In this document: in pieces, positions 1-9,578 of the stretch
Layout of the letters: every line of letters begins with the position of its first letter
Position numbering within the stretch: the first letter of the stretch is position 1
Source: a virus
Length of the DNA: 64,000 nt
Strand: one strand, 5' to 3'
IMG/VR virus record: IMGVR_UViG_3300002092_001594
Coordinates: 51,225 to 115,224 of that record
Notes under the pieces: generated by a model
What the model was told of the DNA's origin: nothing
Seen by the model: only the letters and a program-made list of their open reading frames with translations
Database searches by the model: none
Made by a program: the position numbers and the translations under genes

Positions 1-186
1 ATAAGCCCAAGCAGATAGCTCGTTAATTGCATACTGCTTCTCGTCGTTAGATAACTCTAACATTTTACCAATTTTAATTACAGGACGAGAAAACCCGTCG
101 GTAACATAATAATCAGGAAAACTGGTAGATACCTCTTTTAATAAGGTAGTTTTACCAGTTCCGTGCGATCCTATTAATATCTTCAT
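1..186 (-). CDS. P-loop nucleotide kinase/AAA_28-like protein (N-terminal part; runs off the window edge)
   Basis: Not in ORF track. Manual translation from ATG at 186: MKILIGSHGTGKTTLLKEVSTSFPDYY..., Walker A GxxGxGKTT, open to position 1. Confidence 0.75.
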   Translation of the reverse strand, partial: MKILIGSHGTGKTTLLKEVSTSFPDYYVTDGFSRPVIKIGKMLELSNDEKQYAINELSAWAY

Positions 187-208
187 AAGTATCTTTTAGT
201 AAAAATAG

Positions 209-778
209 CTACTTTTTATCGAACTTCCAAATATTAGTAAAGAAATGTACCCAGGAATTTAAGGAAGTCTCTCGAAGTATAGCATAAGCTTCGTCTATAG
301 TATTTGCTCTATTTACAACTTGATAAGCGGATACAACCTCGCCAGCATCTAATTCCGGAATCACCTTATGCACTACTGATCCGCAGTAAGGATACTTTTC
401 TTGATTTCCGGCAACGTCTTCTTGCTTGTTAAATCCTTTTAATTCCGGGTACATAGTAATTAAAGCCGGATGTCCATTATAGGCAGCTCCTTCTAAGTAC
501 GGAAAAAGCTCTGCTGGAAGTATTCTTAAATATCCATGTAAGGTAATTAGTTCTTTTAAGTTAATTCTTGTACGTAAGTAGTCTACTATAGAAGGTCTAC
601 GAGGTATAGTATGTATCTCTACGTTATTTTCCCCAAAGATCTCCATGTTTCTCGGTGATATCTTTGTAATGTTATTAGTTACTACTAAACTAGGGAGAAT
701 CCTAAGCTTTTCACTAATAGCTACTACTTCAGAACCTGTCTGAGATATTAATACCCCCCAGCCGTTTAATACTTTCAT
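209..778 (-). CDS. dpdN: PurN-like formyltransferase, probable preQ1 formyltransferase (DpdN)
   Basis: SQTGS, LHGYLRIL, YNGHPAL, GSVVHKV..ELDAGEV formyltransferase motifs; adjacent to queF and the TGT-like gene. Confidence 0.75.
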   Translation of the reverse strand: MKVLNGWGVLISQTGSEVVAISEKLRILPSLVVTNNITKISPRNMEIFGENNVEIHTIPRRPSIVDYLRTRINLKELITLHGYLRILPAELFPYLEGAAYNGHPALITMYPELKGFNKQEDVAGNQEKYPYCGSVVHKVIPELDAGEVVSAYQVVNRANTIDEAYAILRETSLNSWVHFFTNIWKFDKK

Positions 779-1695
779 TACTGTCCCATTGCTTTTCTTG
801 TATAGTAACCTGTATCGATTAATGCACGTGGAATTAATTCCTCTCTAGTTGCACGAACAGGATTGATATCTAATGAACCGCGTCTTGCATATAATAACAT
901 TACTACGCAATCTTTAACTTCAGGATGCTTTGTAATAGCTGTAAATAACTTCTCACTGCAGAACTCATGGAACTCGTTTACTTCACGTAATGCAATTACT
1001 TCTTTTAATAAACCTTCTAAATCCACTCTGCCTTTTCTAGTAGTAATATGGAAGTAAGCAGCGCCTGTATCTTTTTGCTTTGTATGTCTACATCTTGATC
1101 TTAAGATACCAGTCATTACAGATACGTCATCAGATGTTTCGGCAGGAATAATATTAAAATGACTCTCTTTACCAGAGTAATCTGTAATCTCTAATTCTTC
1201 TAATTTCTTATTTCCTAATAAGCGAAACAGATCGTAGTATCCATCTCCTGGATCACCTTCAAATAATACTTGTTCACCCTCTCTAAAGAATGATACTTCT
1301 ACCTCTTTACCAATACACTCGCTAATATCTTTCTTTACTTGATTCTCATAATTTTCAATAGCATCATGAATCTTATCGCCCATCTTACACATATCAAATG
1401 TATTGAGGTATAATTTAAATGATTTAGACTCTACCATAAATTCTGAATCAGCAGGGCATATTATTTTTAACGTACCTGCGATAGGTAATCCATTATCTAA
1501 TAAAAAGGTTGCTTCATGACAATGCCACGTATCGTAGCCTACAAATTCATCTCCTTTAATATTCCAATCACCACGAGCTAATGCTCTTGGCATAGGATTT
1601 AATTGGCTAGGATCAAAGGTGTCTGTATAGACTGCATATGAGTTAGCTGAACCTAAAGTTTTAGCAGCTACCTCTGACATATTACTTGCTGACAT
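778..1695 (-). CDS. queF: NADPH-dependent preQ0 reductase QueF (bimodular type)
   Basis: ESKSFKLYLN QueF motif; LRSRC catalytic Cys; FHEFCSE; YARRGSLDINP. Confidence 0.9.
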   Translation of the reverse strand: MSASNMSEVAAKTLGSANSYAVYTDTFDPSQLNPMPRALARGDWNIKGDEFVGYDTWHCHEATFLLDNGLPIAGTLKIICPADSEFMVESKSFKLYLNTFDMCKMGDKIHDAIENYENQVKKDISECIGKEVEVSFFREGEQVLFEGDPGDGYYDLFRLLGNKKLEELEITDYSGKESHFNIIPAETSDDVSVMTGILRSRCRHTKQKDTGAAYFHITTRKGRVDLEGLLKEVIALREVNEFHEFCSEKLFTAITKHPEVKDCVVMLLYARRGSLDINPVRATREELIPRALIDTGYYTRKAMGQ

Positions 1696-2464
1696 AATTG
1701 CGGAATGTTTTTATATTTTTAAAAATAAGATCTGTCTGTTCTTTTGTTAACTCAATATCTAAATTATCTGCTAATTTAGCTTTTGGTTTAGGTTGAATTA
1801 AACCATGAGGACCTAATTCATTACCTGCCCAACCGTTAATAACAGGTGAGCTAGTATCTAATGAGTATACTAATCCTCTGAGAGCAATATGAAGACTATT
1901 AATTAAAATAAACTCTACTGGATTTTGACAGCCTAATAAATGAAACTTAGGTAATCCAATCCCCATATTGAATCTATTCTCATACCACCAATTTAAGAAT
2001 CTAAATCTTACTGTTACATAATCTGATTTTTCAATTAAATCGAAAGGTAATGCAATAATATCTACTCTCTCAGTTAAGTAGTAATCTATACAATCAGCAA
2101 TTTCTTCAAAAGTATCGCCTTGACATACACCAATATATTTTTGTCCTTCTACTTTAAAGTTTGCTAAATACTCTTTTGCATTATCTAAAGTTTGCTTATG
2201 GTTATTAACTACATCAGGAAGTACGAGATGGGTAGGTTTATATTCCTTACCCAACTCATAAAGTTCTTCCATTGGTATAGATCTGCCTAATTCAAATGCT
2301 GAATTATCTAATATAGAGTAATCGGCTGCTTTAAGCTTTTCTTTATAAAAGTCAGCATATTCTGTATCCAGGCTTAATAAATGACCTAGTACATAAGGGT
2401 AATCGCTTACCTCATCATGACGGTCAAATAAAGCTTTCGGTATTTCGTGTGAAATTAAAGGCAT
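1682..2464 (-). CDS. dpdA: TGT-fold 7-deazaguanine transglycosylase-like protein (DpdA3-type)
   Basis: ILDNSAFE, LVLPDV, FHLLGC, SLDTSSP TGT-barrel motifs; lies between queC and queF. Confidence 0.7.
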   Translation of the reverse strand: MPLISHEIPKALFDRHDEVSDYPYVLGHLLSLDTEYADFYKEKLKAADYSILDNSAFELGRSIPMEELYELGKEYKPTHLVLPDVVNNHKQTLDNAKEYLANFKVEGQKYIGVCQGDTFEEIADCIDYYLTERVDIIALPFDLIEKSDYVTVRFRFLNWWYENRFNMGIGLPKFHLLGCQNPVEFILINSLHIALRGLVYSLDTSSPVINGWAGNELGPHGLIQPKPKAKLADNLDIELTKEQTDLIFKNIKTFRNYVSK

Positions 2465-2467
2465 AAT

Positions 2468-3373
2468 TTATTTTTTATATTCTGATAATACTTTTTCTAC
2501 TGCTTCTTTAGCTACTTCCCATGTTACTGGTCCTGTTTCGTCAGCATATGCTACAGGATCAGGACGTCCTAATTTAATGAATGCTTCAATACGCTCTACT
2601 GATGCTGCTGATTTGTAATCAGAATACCACTTTCCTACGAGTTCTACTTCTGAGCTAAATAACCCACTGCTTAAATCTCCCTCCCACGACTGAATAAAAA
2701 TTGGTTTATAAGATGTATTTGTACGCTTATATACTTCATCAAAATCAAGACCTAACGCCTCACATGCTCTTAAACCGTCTTCTAATATCTCAAATTTATT
2801 TACTTCTAAGTAAGGAGTATAAACTGATACTAAGTCAGTATCCCAGTTACCTATTTTAAATGCTTCGAAATCAGCATCTCTAAATTCTTGACGACAGTCA
2901 GGATAGATAGCATGATCACCTGCGTGAATACCCATTGCAATAGCTATAGGCTGTCCTACAGTACAATCATCTCCAATATTATTAGTAGCAATCGATAATG
3001 CTGCTGCTTGAATTAAAGATGAAAATATTTTATTACGATTAGGTACAACAGTTGCTTTCATATTGTCTTGCTCGTAATGTCCTTCTGGTACATCTGCACC
3101 ACCTGTTACTAGAGTTGAGTTTAATAATTGCTGTAACCCGTCTAATTTAATAACTTGATACTTTACTTTGTGATATGTTATATTTTCTGCTTCCGAATCA
3201 TAACCATTGTTAATGTACTCAACTAATGATTTAGCACGCTCTAATTCTACTTTGTGCTTTTGACCGTAATCAAAACCTAATGCTGTTACTTCATAGCCAT
3301 TAGCTAATAGGTGTAACAAAAGAGAGGAAGAATCCATCCCACCTGATAATGATAAAACTGCTTGTTTTTTCAT
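2468..3373 (-). CDS. queC: 7-cyano-7-deazaguanine synthase QueC
   Basis: SLSGGMDSS PP-loop, FDYGQKH, VVPNRN, YPDCR. Confidence 0.95.
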   Translation of the reverse strand: MKKQAVLSLSGGMDSSSLLLHLLANGYEVTALGFDYGQKHKVELERAKSLVEYINNGYDSEAENITYHKVKYQVIKLDGLQQLLNSTLVTGGADVPEGHYEQDNMKATVVPNRNKIFSSLIQAAALSIATNNIGDDCTVGQPIAIAMGIHAGDHAIYPDCRQEFRDADFEAFKIGNWDTDLVSVYTPYLEVNKFEILEDGLRACEALGLDFDEVYKRTNTSYKPIFIQSWEGDLSSGLFSSEVELVGKWYSDYKSAASVERIEAFIKLGRPDPVAYADETGPVTWEVAKEAVEKVLSEYKK

Positions 3374-3434
3374 GTTTAAAAATTGTTAAATTTAGAGCGT
3401 ATTATTTTGTAGATCGATTAGCTCTATAACCGAA

Positions 3435-3641
3435 TTATTTTTTATCTTCTTTACCGTTAAGGTCTTTTTGTAAAGAAAGTATTTGGCTTGTTATATTACC
3501 GACTAAAGTACCTAGCTGTGCCCAAATATCATCGCACTCTTTTTCTAGCTTCTTAATAAGTCTAAACTGGTAAATCTGTAATCCTGCAAGTATTATTATA
3601 ATACCTAAATACAAGTGTTCTTGTGTAAGTGTAACTGTCAT
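3435..3641 (-). CDS. Small membrane protein with coiled-coil tail
   Basis: N-terminal hydrophobic helix LYLGIIIILAGLQIY; operon context. Confidence 0.55.
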   Translation of the reverse strand: MTVTLTQEHLYLGIIIILAGLQIYQFRLIKKLEKECDDIWAQLGTLVGNITSQILSLQKDLNGKEDKK

Positions 3642-3653
3642 TAAGTAAAGGTA

Positions 3654-3911
3654 TTATTTTTTATTCGTTTCAACAACTTCATTTACAAAATTAGTAAATT
3701 CTTTTGTACCTGGAAATCCAATAAAGTTAGGGTTATCCATTACTCTCTGTAATGCTTTAATAGTTAGATCTTTATTCTTAGTATCAACAAGTAAAGGTTC
3801 TAAAATATACTCTTCTGTCGAACCGTTTTTACGGTTTAAGTAGAATAGAGTACCTGCTGCTGCACCTAAGGCTTGGTAATACTCCTCTGCGGTAGTACTC
3901 ATATTATACAT
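3654..3911 (-). CDS. Hypothetical protein
   Basis: ORF packed between queE and the next gene; start may be the second Met. Confidence 0.55.
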   Translation of the reverse strand: MYNMSTTAEEYYQALGAAAGTLFYLNRKNGSTEEYILEPLLVDTKNKDLTIKALQRVMDNPNFIGFPGTKEFTNFVNEVVETNKK

Positions 3912-4743
3912 TTAAAGTTTTATTCCAAGCTGCAATATGCAATCTAGTTAAACCGCGGAAACGATATTTCTTAGCCATCTCCATTACAAATCGAGTTCTC
4001 TCTTCAAAGTTAGCAGCATCATCTAAACCCGGCATACAGACTACGTTCTTTAAAGGTATATTAAACGGTTCTACAAAATCTCTAAAGATCTCTTTAACAT
4101 CGTCTTCACTACTAATAACAAACTTAAATTGATAGTTCTTATGTTGTTTAATACGTTCAATTGCTTCTGGTACAATACGCTGTTTCTCAGTCATACCTGA
4201 ATTAGATAATTTAGGTGAACAGTTAATTTGATCTAACATATTAAATAACTTAACATCTATTACTATAGTACCGTTAGTTTCTATTTCATAAAATGGATAA
4301 ACATCATTTCTATCAAGATATCTTGACATCCAATGATTGGTAAAGTTAACAATTGCTTCTTGATGACCTTTAATTGTTGGCTCACCACCAGTCCAAATAA
4401 TATGAACTAAACCGTTTTTAATATCTTCATATACACCTTCTCCTTTCCAACGATTAATTAAATAATCAAATTCTTTATCTTCACCTCTCCATAACCACTG
4501 AGATGTAGAATCACAAGTCCATGTTGCTTTACCTTCTTTAACTAAATCACCTTCGAATATTTCTCCGTCTTCTAACTTTTGTTCTTTTTCTAATTGATTA
4601 GTAAATGCTCTACTCATACCACACGTTAAGTTACAAATACCTAAACGAACGAAGTATGCTGGAATACCAGATGAAATTCCTTCACCTTGTACTGTATAGA
4701 AGTCACTCGAGATAAGTAACTTATTTGGATCTATCTTACTCAT
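3904..4743 (-). CDS. queE: 7-carboxy-7-deazaguanine synthase QueE (radical SAM)
   Basis: FYTVQGEG, FVRLGICNLTC...WTCDS (insert between Cys residues), TGGEP, EIETNG, CSPKL, RLH. Confidence 0.92.
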   Translation of the reverse strand: MSKIDPNKLLISSDFYTVQGEGISSGIPAYFVRLGICNLTCGMSRAFTNQLEKEQKLEDGEIFEGDLVKEGKATWTCDSTSQWLWRGEDKEFDYLINRWKGEGVYEDIKNGLVHIIWTGGEPTIKGHQEAIVNFTNHWMSRYLDRNDVYPFYEIETNGTIVIDVKLFNMLDQINCSPKLSNSGMTEKQRIVPEAIERIKQHKNYQFKFVISSEDDVKEIFRDFVEPFNIPLKNVVCMPGLDDAANFEERTRFVMEMAKKYRFRGLTRLHIAAWNKTLNV

Positions 4744-4958
4744 TACTTTTTACGTTTTAATTGTCTTTCTGAAATAGTTTCAGTTACTGGCTCTTGCATT
4801 TCTACTACAGTTTTTACTGTTACTCTTTTAGTAGCTACTTTCCATTCAGACTTCGGAATAAAGCCCCATTCTCTAGTAGCTTGATCAGCTTTTTCATTTG
4901 TTACTCGAATTATTTCTCCGGTCTTAGAACTCTTTAAACATTTCATAGTTTCCTCCAT
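4743..4958 (-). CDS. Hypothetical protein
   Basis: TAATG coupling to queE. Confidence 0.55.
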   Translation of the reverse strand: MEETMKCLKSSKTGEIIRVTNEKADQATREWGFIPKSEWKVATKRVTVKTVVEMQEPVTETISERQLKRKK

Positions 4959-4975
4959 GTTTTATTGTGATTAAA

Positions 4976-5260
4976 TTATTTTTTATCTACATAGTGATGT
5001 AGCTTCTTTCTTAACCTATCAATTCGTATTTGACAGTACCACTTTCCCATATTACTGGATGCATTAGCATACCTTTCTTGCCAGTACTTAATAGCTTTAT
5101 TAGTTTTAGCATTAGCTTCTTCCAGGTAGTCAATATCCCAGTAGCTATTATTTTCAAGTATTTCTTCATCAGTAGGAATATAAGGATTTTCTTCTCTATA
5201 CTCTTCGATAAGCATTTTACGTCGAGACTTTTCTTGGTTCTTTTTAAATTTCTTATCCAT
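4976..5260 (-). CDS. Hypothetical protein
   Basis: TAATG-coupled downstream of queD. Confidence 0.55.
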   Translation of the reverse strand: MDKKFKKNQEKSRRKMLIEEYREENPYIPTDEEILENNSYWDIDYLEEANAKTNKAIKYWQERYANASSNMGKWYCQIRIDRLRKKLHHYVDKK

Positions 5261-5727
5261 TAGCCTATATAAATTGCTGAATTTCTTTTATTCTCAAAGA
5301 ATTCTACTTTTAAAACCTTAACGCGCCCTTTCGTTTCTTCTTGTACGAAGGTGTTAATTTTACCGTAGATATACTTTGCAAATTGTTCTGCACCTACTGG
5401 ACCTTCAAGTATCCTCAACTGAACTACTTCTTTCTTGTCTAGTTCTTTAAAGATCTCTAATTCAGGATCGTCTGGTGCTAATACTGTAGTATGGTCGAAC
5501 ATGAAGTCCATCCATGCTTTTGGATTCATACCATCGATATTACCTTTAGCTCTTTTCATACCGCCAAAGTCCCATACCCAGTTTCTATGATCTAACTCTC
5601 CTTCAAAAGTTACTCTAAACTCGATATCGTAGCCATGTAAAAATCTACAATGCGTTCCTTCTGCAGCCCATTGACGAAAGACGGTGCTAAAGCCGTCGTA
5701 TAATTTTGTTGATTGAAATGTACTCAT
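5260..5727 (-). CDS. queD: 6-carboxytetrahydropterin synthase QueD
   Basis: HCRFLHGY, WVWDFG, FDHT, GAEQFA. Confidence 0.9.
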   Translation of the reverse strand: MSTFQSTKLYDGFSTVFRQWAAEGTHCRFLHGYDIEFRVTFEGELDHRNWVWDFGGMKRAKGNIDGMNPKAWMDFMFDHTTVLAPDDPELEIFKELDKKEVVQLRILEGPVGAEQFAKYIYGKINTFVQEETKGRVKVLKVEFFENKRNSAIYIG

Positions 5728-5740
5728 AACTGTATTTTTA

Positions 5741-5772
5741 TAAAATTAAGTATTTTCTCTCAGATGACCAAA
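5741..5772 (-). promoter_or_regulatory. Bacteroidota-type sigma-A promoter for the que operon
   Basis: TTTG-N20-TAATTTTA upstream of queD (consensus TTTG-N19-21-TAnnTTTG). Confidence 0.6.
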
Positions 5773-5958
5773 TTTTTCATCAAGTATTTGGTTTCCTCTT
5801 TTTGCTTTAGGAGTATATGGACAATGCCTACATCCATTCCCGCAACATTGACCTCTTTGATAGAGGAAGAGAGGTGTGAAAATTACACGCTCTTCCTCTA
5901 AGTAATAGTGTAGTACTTCTTGTGTACCTATGTTTCTAAAATGGTTATCTTCCCCCAT
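5746..5958 (-). CDS. Cys-rich small protein (DUF5522-like)
   Basis: RGQCCGNGCRHCPY motif. Confidence 0.7.
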   Translation of the reverse strand: MGEDNHFRNIGTQEVLHYYLEEERVIFTPLFLYQRGQCCGNGCRHCPYTPKAKRGNQILDEKFGHLRENT

Positions 5959-5962
5959 AAAT

Positions 5963-7819
5963 TTATACTATTTCACAAGCACCACCTGCGCAAGCAGCTT
6001 CTCCCATTAAGTTAGTATTGTCGTTAAACTCTACTACTTTAGATAAATCTACATTATGTAAATGTTGAATCATCTCTTCGTACTTCTCTTCCGTACAGTC
6101 CTCAAAAGGTGCTTGAATATAAGTTCCACCGTTATAAGGTAATACTGATAATCCATTATAGAATTTTCTATTCTCCCACATCCATTTTCCTACTGCTTCC
6201 CATTCATCTTCTTTAATAGATACTGTAGCTGAAATATTGTGAGTATTTTGTCCTGATCTATGACCTGGTTTAATCCAGTTCTGATAGAAGAATTTAACTC
6301 TCTCTAATAACTCTAAAGCAGACTCGGTTCTAAAAATAGATCCTGCTGGTGCTTTTTGCGGTACTGAGATTACTGCAGTATCGTGAGGGCGGAAATATTC
6401 GTCTTCAATTAATTCTGGGTGATTAATAGCTAGGTGAGAGTAAATTGCTTCGTTCTTACCTACTCTAATTCTACGGATGTAATAATCGTTATGCCAAGCG
6501 TGAATACCTGAAGAAGTACCTAAAGTTAAAGACGAAGTACCAGAAGGTTTAATTGTAGTACATCTAGCAGCTGCATTTATACCTAATAATTTAGCAACTC
6601 TTTCGTTTTCTTCTTTAGTAATTTTAGCTGCTACTTTTAAATCTAATTTTTGAGCTGCACCAGAACCAATACCTGTCATACCAACGCCTATTAGACCATC
6701 TTTTTCAGTTGTTCTTTGCCATACTGGACGTAAGTAATGGAAGCTAGTATAAGATGCTTGTAGGGTACCAATAAATGCAGCAGCTTTAACTCTTGCATTT
6801 AAATCATCTTGATCTACGACATCAGAAACATTTACTTCACATAAGTTACAAAACTGGAAAGGACGTAAAGCAATTTCACAACAAGGATTAGTTCCCCAAT
6901 CTTTATCGTTAGATAAGTAAACGCCAGGTTCCCCAGCACCACTTGCCTTAATTTTGTCCCACAAGCCGAAGAAAAACTCTTCAGTTACTTTATTTCTTAG
7001 TAATACTGCTGAATTATTAGCTCTTCCGCGTTGTGGGTTAAGTTCCCACCATGCGCCTGACTTAGCTGAAATCATATCATCGTCATCCGCACTAAAGAGG
7101 CTGATTAAAGCTGCTCTTCTAATACCGCCTGTTAATACTGCATCTGCAATATGGCAAACTATATCGTGTACTTCAATAGAAGCTAATTTGTCGTTGTTTT
7201 CTTTGCTATCTAAAATACCTTGTATCTTAATTAAACATTCTTTTAATGGTTGAGGTCCAGGTGCTTTACCGCCTGTAGTAATTAAAGCAGCTCCCTTAGC
7301 TCTAATATCTGAAAAGTCAAATGCTGGAGATGATCCACCTTCAAAATAAGATCTAACTAACACCTTTACTGCGTCAGCCCATCCTTCAATAGAATCGCCA
7401 ATTAAAAAACGTCTAGTTTTCTTTGGATCTGGTTTTCTAATTTCAGGTAATTGCTCAACGTGATGCTTCTGTACTGAATAACCAACCCCAGTACCGCCTA
7501 ATAATAAGAACATCGTTTCTCCAAAGGCTCTCCAATCATCAATTGGAAGATAAGCGCAGTTGTAGATACGGTTAGGACTGATTTCGATGGGTTTACCTGC
7601 AAATTGCATAGAGCGCATTGAAGGTAATGCTTTTCTCTCATAAACATACTGATAAGCATTCTCAATCTCTTCTTGTAACTTCGGAAATTTCTTTAAGTGC
7701 ATTGCTTTATTTCTATCTACTAACTCTTTCCATGTCTCCCTTCTCTGTACTTCGGGATTAAATTTGGCATATTTCATATATACCGTAATGTCACTTAAAA
7801 TGCTCTGTGAAATGTCCAT
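5963..7819 (-). CDS. nrdJ: Class II (B12-dependent) ribonucleotide reductase
   Basis: LPSMRSMQF, NCAY, GTNPCCEI, FCNLCEV, TIKPSGT, C-terminal ACAGGACE; no NrdB nearby. Confidence 0.92.
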   Translation of the reverse strand: MDISQSILSDITVYMKYAKFNPEVQRRETWKELVDRNKAMHLKKFPKLQEEIENAYQYVYERKALPSMRSMQFAGKPIEISPNRIYNCAYLPIDDWRAFGETMFLLLGGTGVGYSVQKHHVEQLPEIRKPDPKKTRRFLIGDSIEGWADAVKVLVRSYFEGGSSPAFDFSDIRAKGAALITTGGKAPGPQPLKECLIKIQGILDSKENNDKLASIEVHDIVCHIADAVLTGGIRRAALISLFSADDDDMISAKSGAWWELNPQRGRANNSAVLLRNKVTEEFFFGLWDKIKASGAGEPGVYLSNDKDWGTNPCCEIALRPFQFCNLCEVNVSDVVDQDDLNARVKAAAFIGTLQASYTSFHYLRPVWQRTTEKDGLIGVGMTGIGSGAAQKLDLKVAAKITKEENERVAKLLGINAAARCTTIKPSGTSSLTLGTSSGIHAWHNDYYIRRIRVGKNEAIYSHLAINHPELIEDEYFRPHDTAVISVPQKAPAGSIFRTESALELLERVKFFYQNWIKPGHRSGQNTHNISATVSIKEDEWEAVGKWMWENRKFYNGLSVLPYNGGTYIQAPFEDCTEEKYEEMIQHLHNVDLSKVVEFNDNTNLMGEAACAGGACEIV

Positions 7820-7907
7820 TTTTTCGTCGTTTTTTATAATTTTAAAGATACGTTTTTCATTCGGGGTTTTAACACCACCGTTAAGTCTATAACTTACTTA
7901 GTTAAAT

Positions 7908-8120
7908 TTACAGGTTTTTGTTTAGACCGTCTTGAAAGACTGTCTCAAGGTATGAGGTTCCAGCAGCAGGAGGTCTAAAAGTAGGATCTACCATATCTCT
8001 CTCTACCAAATCATTAGTGCCATTTTTCTCCATCTCAAATACAAACTCATTATAAGTTTCTTGATTTACAGGAGGTGCAAATGCTGTCTTTTTTTCGTTG
8101 TATAATGTAGTTAAACTCAT
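7908..8120 (-). CDS. Small hypothetical protein with its own TATTTAT motif
   Basis: ORF; motif at 8141-8147. Confidence 0.55.
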   Translation of the reverse strand: MSLTTLYNEKKTAFAPPVNQETYNEFVFEMEKNGTNDLVERDMVDPTFRPPAAGTSYLETVFQDGLNKNL

Positions 8121-8150
8121 ATAAAATACCTTTTGTAGTAATAAATAGCG

Positions 8151-9527
8151 TTATTTCCCTAATTCAAAGAATCTTTGCTGTAAATAATTTCTTTCTTCTG
8201 CACTAAAATTAGTAGTCGGAGCCTTAGGTCCTTGAGTACCATTTTCTACCGTAAATTCCCCCTCTTCCATCTCTCTATTTAAAATTTCTATATTACCGTT
8301 TTCAGTGTTAATTTTCATTGGATAGGTCATTCCATCACCGCCATATCGATTCTTCATAATATGTGCTCTTCCAGTACCGTTCATCTTATCTAAACGCTTT
8401 CTTGATAAAGACATTGCAAAATCCGCAATCATAACTTTATTATATGAACCTGCTGCTTTATCTCCTTCAATTACATCATCTTTTGCTCCTGCTCTATTTA
8501 CTTGAGATACAGTCCAAATTGGAAGTTTCAAGTCTCTTGCTAAAGCCTTAGTAGAGATATAGATATCATCAATTTCATCTTTTCTGTCAATAGATTTACG
8601 TTTAGATTTTAATAAATCTACGTAATCGATAATAACTAAATCTGGTCGAGTTCCAAGGTCAGTCATTTTCTGAATATGAGATTCTATACTTGCTATAGAT
8701 GCTTTACCCATTGAAAATTCTTTAATAATTAACTTACCTTTAAGCTTCTCAATCATCTCATTAACTTCCTGTCTATGTAAACCTAATTCCTGTACTTTAA
8801 GACCTGTAAAAGTAGCATCGTATCTTCTACCCATATATCCTTCTGATAATTCTAAAGTATAGTGGACTACAGTATAGCCTAATGATACAGGCATAGCACC
8901 TAATGCAGTTAACATCCAACTCTTACCCCCACCTGGATTACCGAAAATAATTCCTACATCACCAGCTCCTAATCCTCCCTGTAACAAGTCATTAACATGA
9001 GGCCAAGGTGTTGGTATAGGATTTCTATCTTCTGCTCTATAACGAGTTTCAGTATCTTTTTCATACTCGTGACCTAGATTTTTATCCATACCAGCTTTTA
9101 ATGCTGAATCGATTAAGTATCTAATATCGTCGTATTGTCCTTTCTCTAATAAATCAACTGAAGATAATAATGCTTTCTTTAACTGCTGGTTCTTACAGAA
9201 GTTAGCAAACTCCTGCTCTACATACTCCTGATCTTCGTTAGATGCTTTATAAGCTTCTTTTAATTGCTCGATAACAGATACTTTTAATACCTCGTTATCA
9301 ATTTTTTTAACCTCTACCTGTAATGCGTCTAAAGAAGGTGTAGTATGATATTTGTAATGGTATTTTAAAATCTCTTCTACAATCCATTTATGTGCTGGAT
9401 TATCAAAATACTCCTCTTCTAATATGTCGTGTATGTTCTGTAAAAATTCTTTATGCTTTAGTAAGCTTGACATCACCTTTACCTGAAAGCCTACTCCGTA
9501 TTGATTCAACTGATTTAAAACTGCCAT
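8151..9527 (-). CDS. dnaB: Replicative DnaB-family helicase
   Basis: GNPGGGKS Walker A, YTLELSE, IIDYVDLL, WTVSQVNR, KNRYG. Confidence 0.92.
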   Translation of the reverse strand: MAVLNQLNQYGVGFQVKVMSSLLKHKEFLQNIHDILEEEYFDNPAHKWIVEEILKYHYKYHTTPSLDALQVEVKKIDNEVLKVSVIEQLKEAYKASNEDQEYVEQEFANFCKNQQLKKALLSSVDLLEKGQYDDIRYLIDSALKAGMDKNLGHEYEKDTETRYRAEDRNPIPTPWPHVNDLLQGGLGAGDVGIIFGNPGGGKSWMLTALGAMPVSLGYTVVHYTLELSEGYMGRRYDATFTGLKVQELGLHRQEVNEMIEKLKGKLIIKEFSMGKASIASIESHIQKMTDLGTRPDLVIIDYVDLLKSKRKSIDRKDEIDDIYISTKALARDLKLPIWTVSQVNRAGAKDDVIEGDKAAGSYNKVMIADFAMSLSRKRLDKMNGTGRAHIMKNRYGGDGMTYPMKINTENGNIEILNREMEEGEFTVENGTQGPKAPTTNFSAEERNYLQQRFFELGK

Positions 9528-9547
9528 AACTAATTCTCTTTATTCTT

Positions 9548-9578
9548 TAATGTAGTAAACTATTCTTGATCTTTCAAC
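9548..9578 (-). promoter_or_regulatory. Bacteroidota-type promoter for the helicase gene
   Basis: GTTG-N20-TACATTA. Confidence 0.55.

Noticed and set aside
209-5727. tRNA queuosine pathway or purine biosynthesis purN
   Set aside because: No queA/queG or pur genes; the TGT-like protein is short and lacks the Zn-binding tail; the context fits DNA modification
7820-7907. Possible cobalamin riboswitch or terminator upstream of nrdJ (cggggt...accaccg)
   Set aside because: The gap is too short, there is no B12 box, and the stem is weak and bulged
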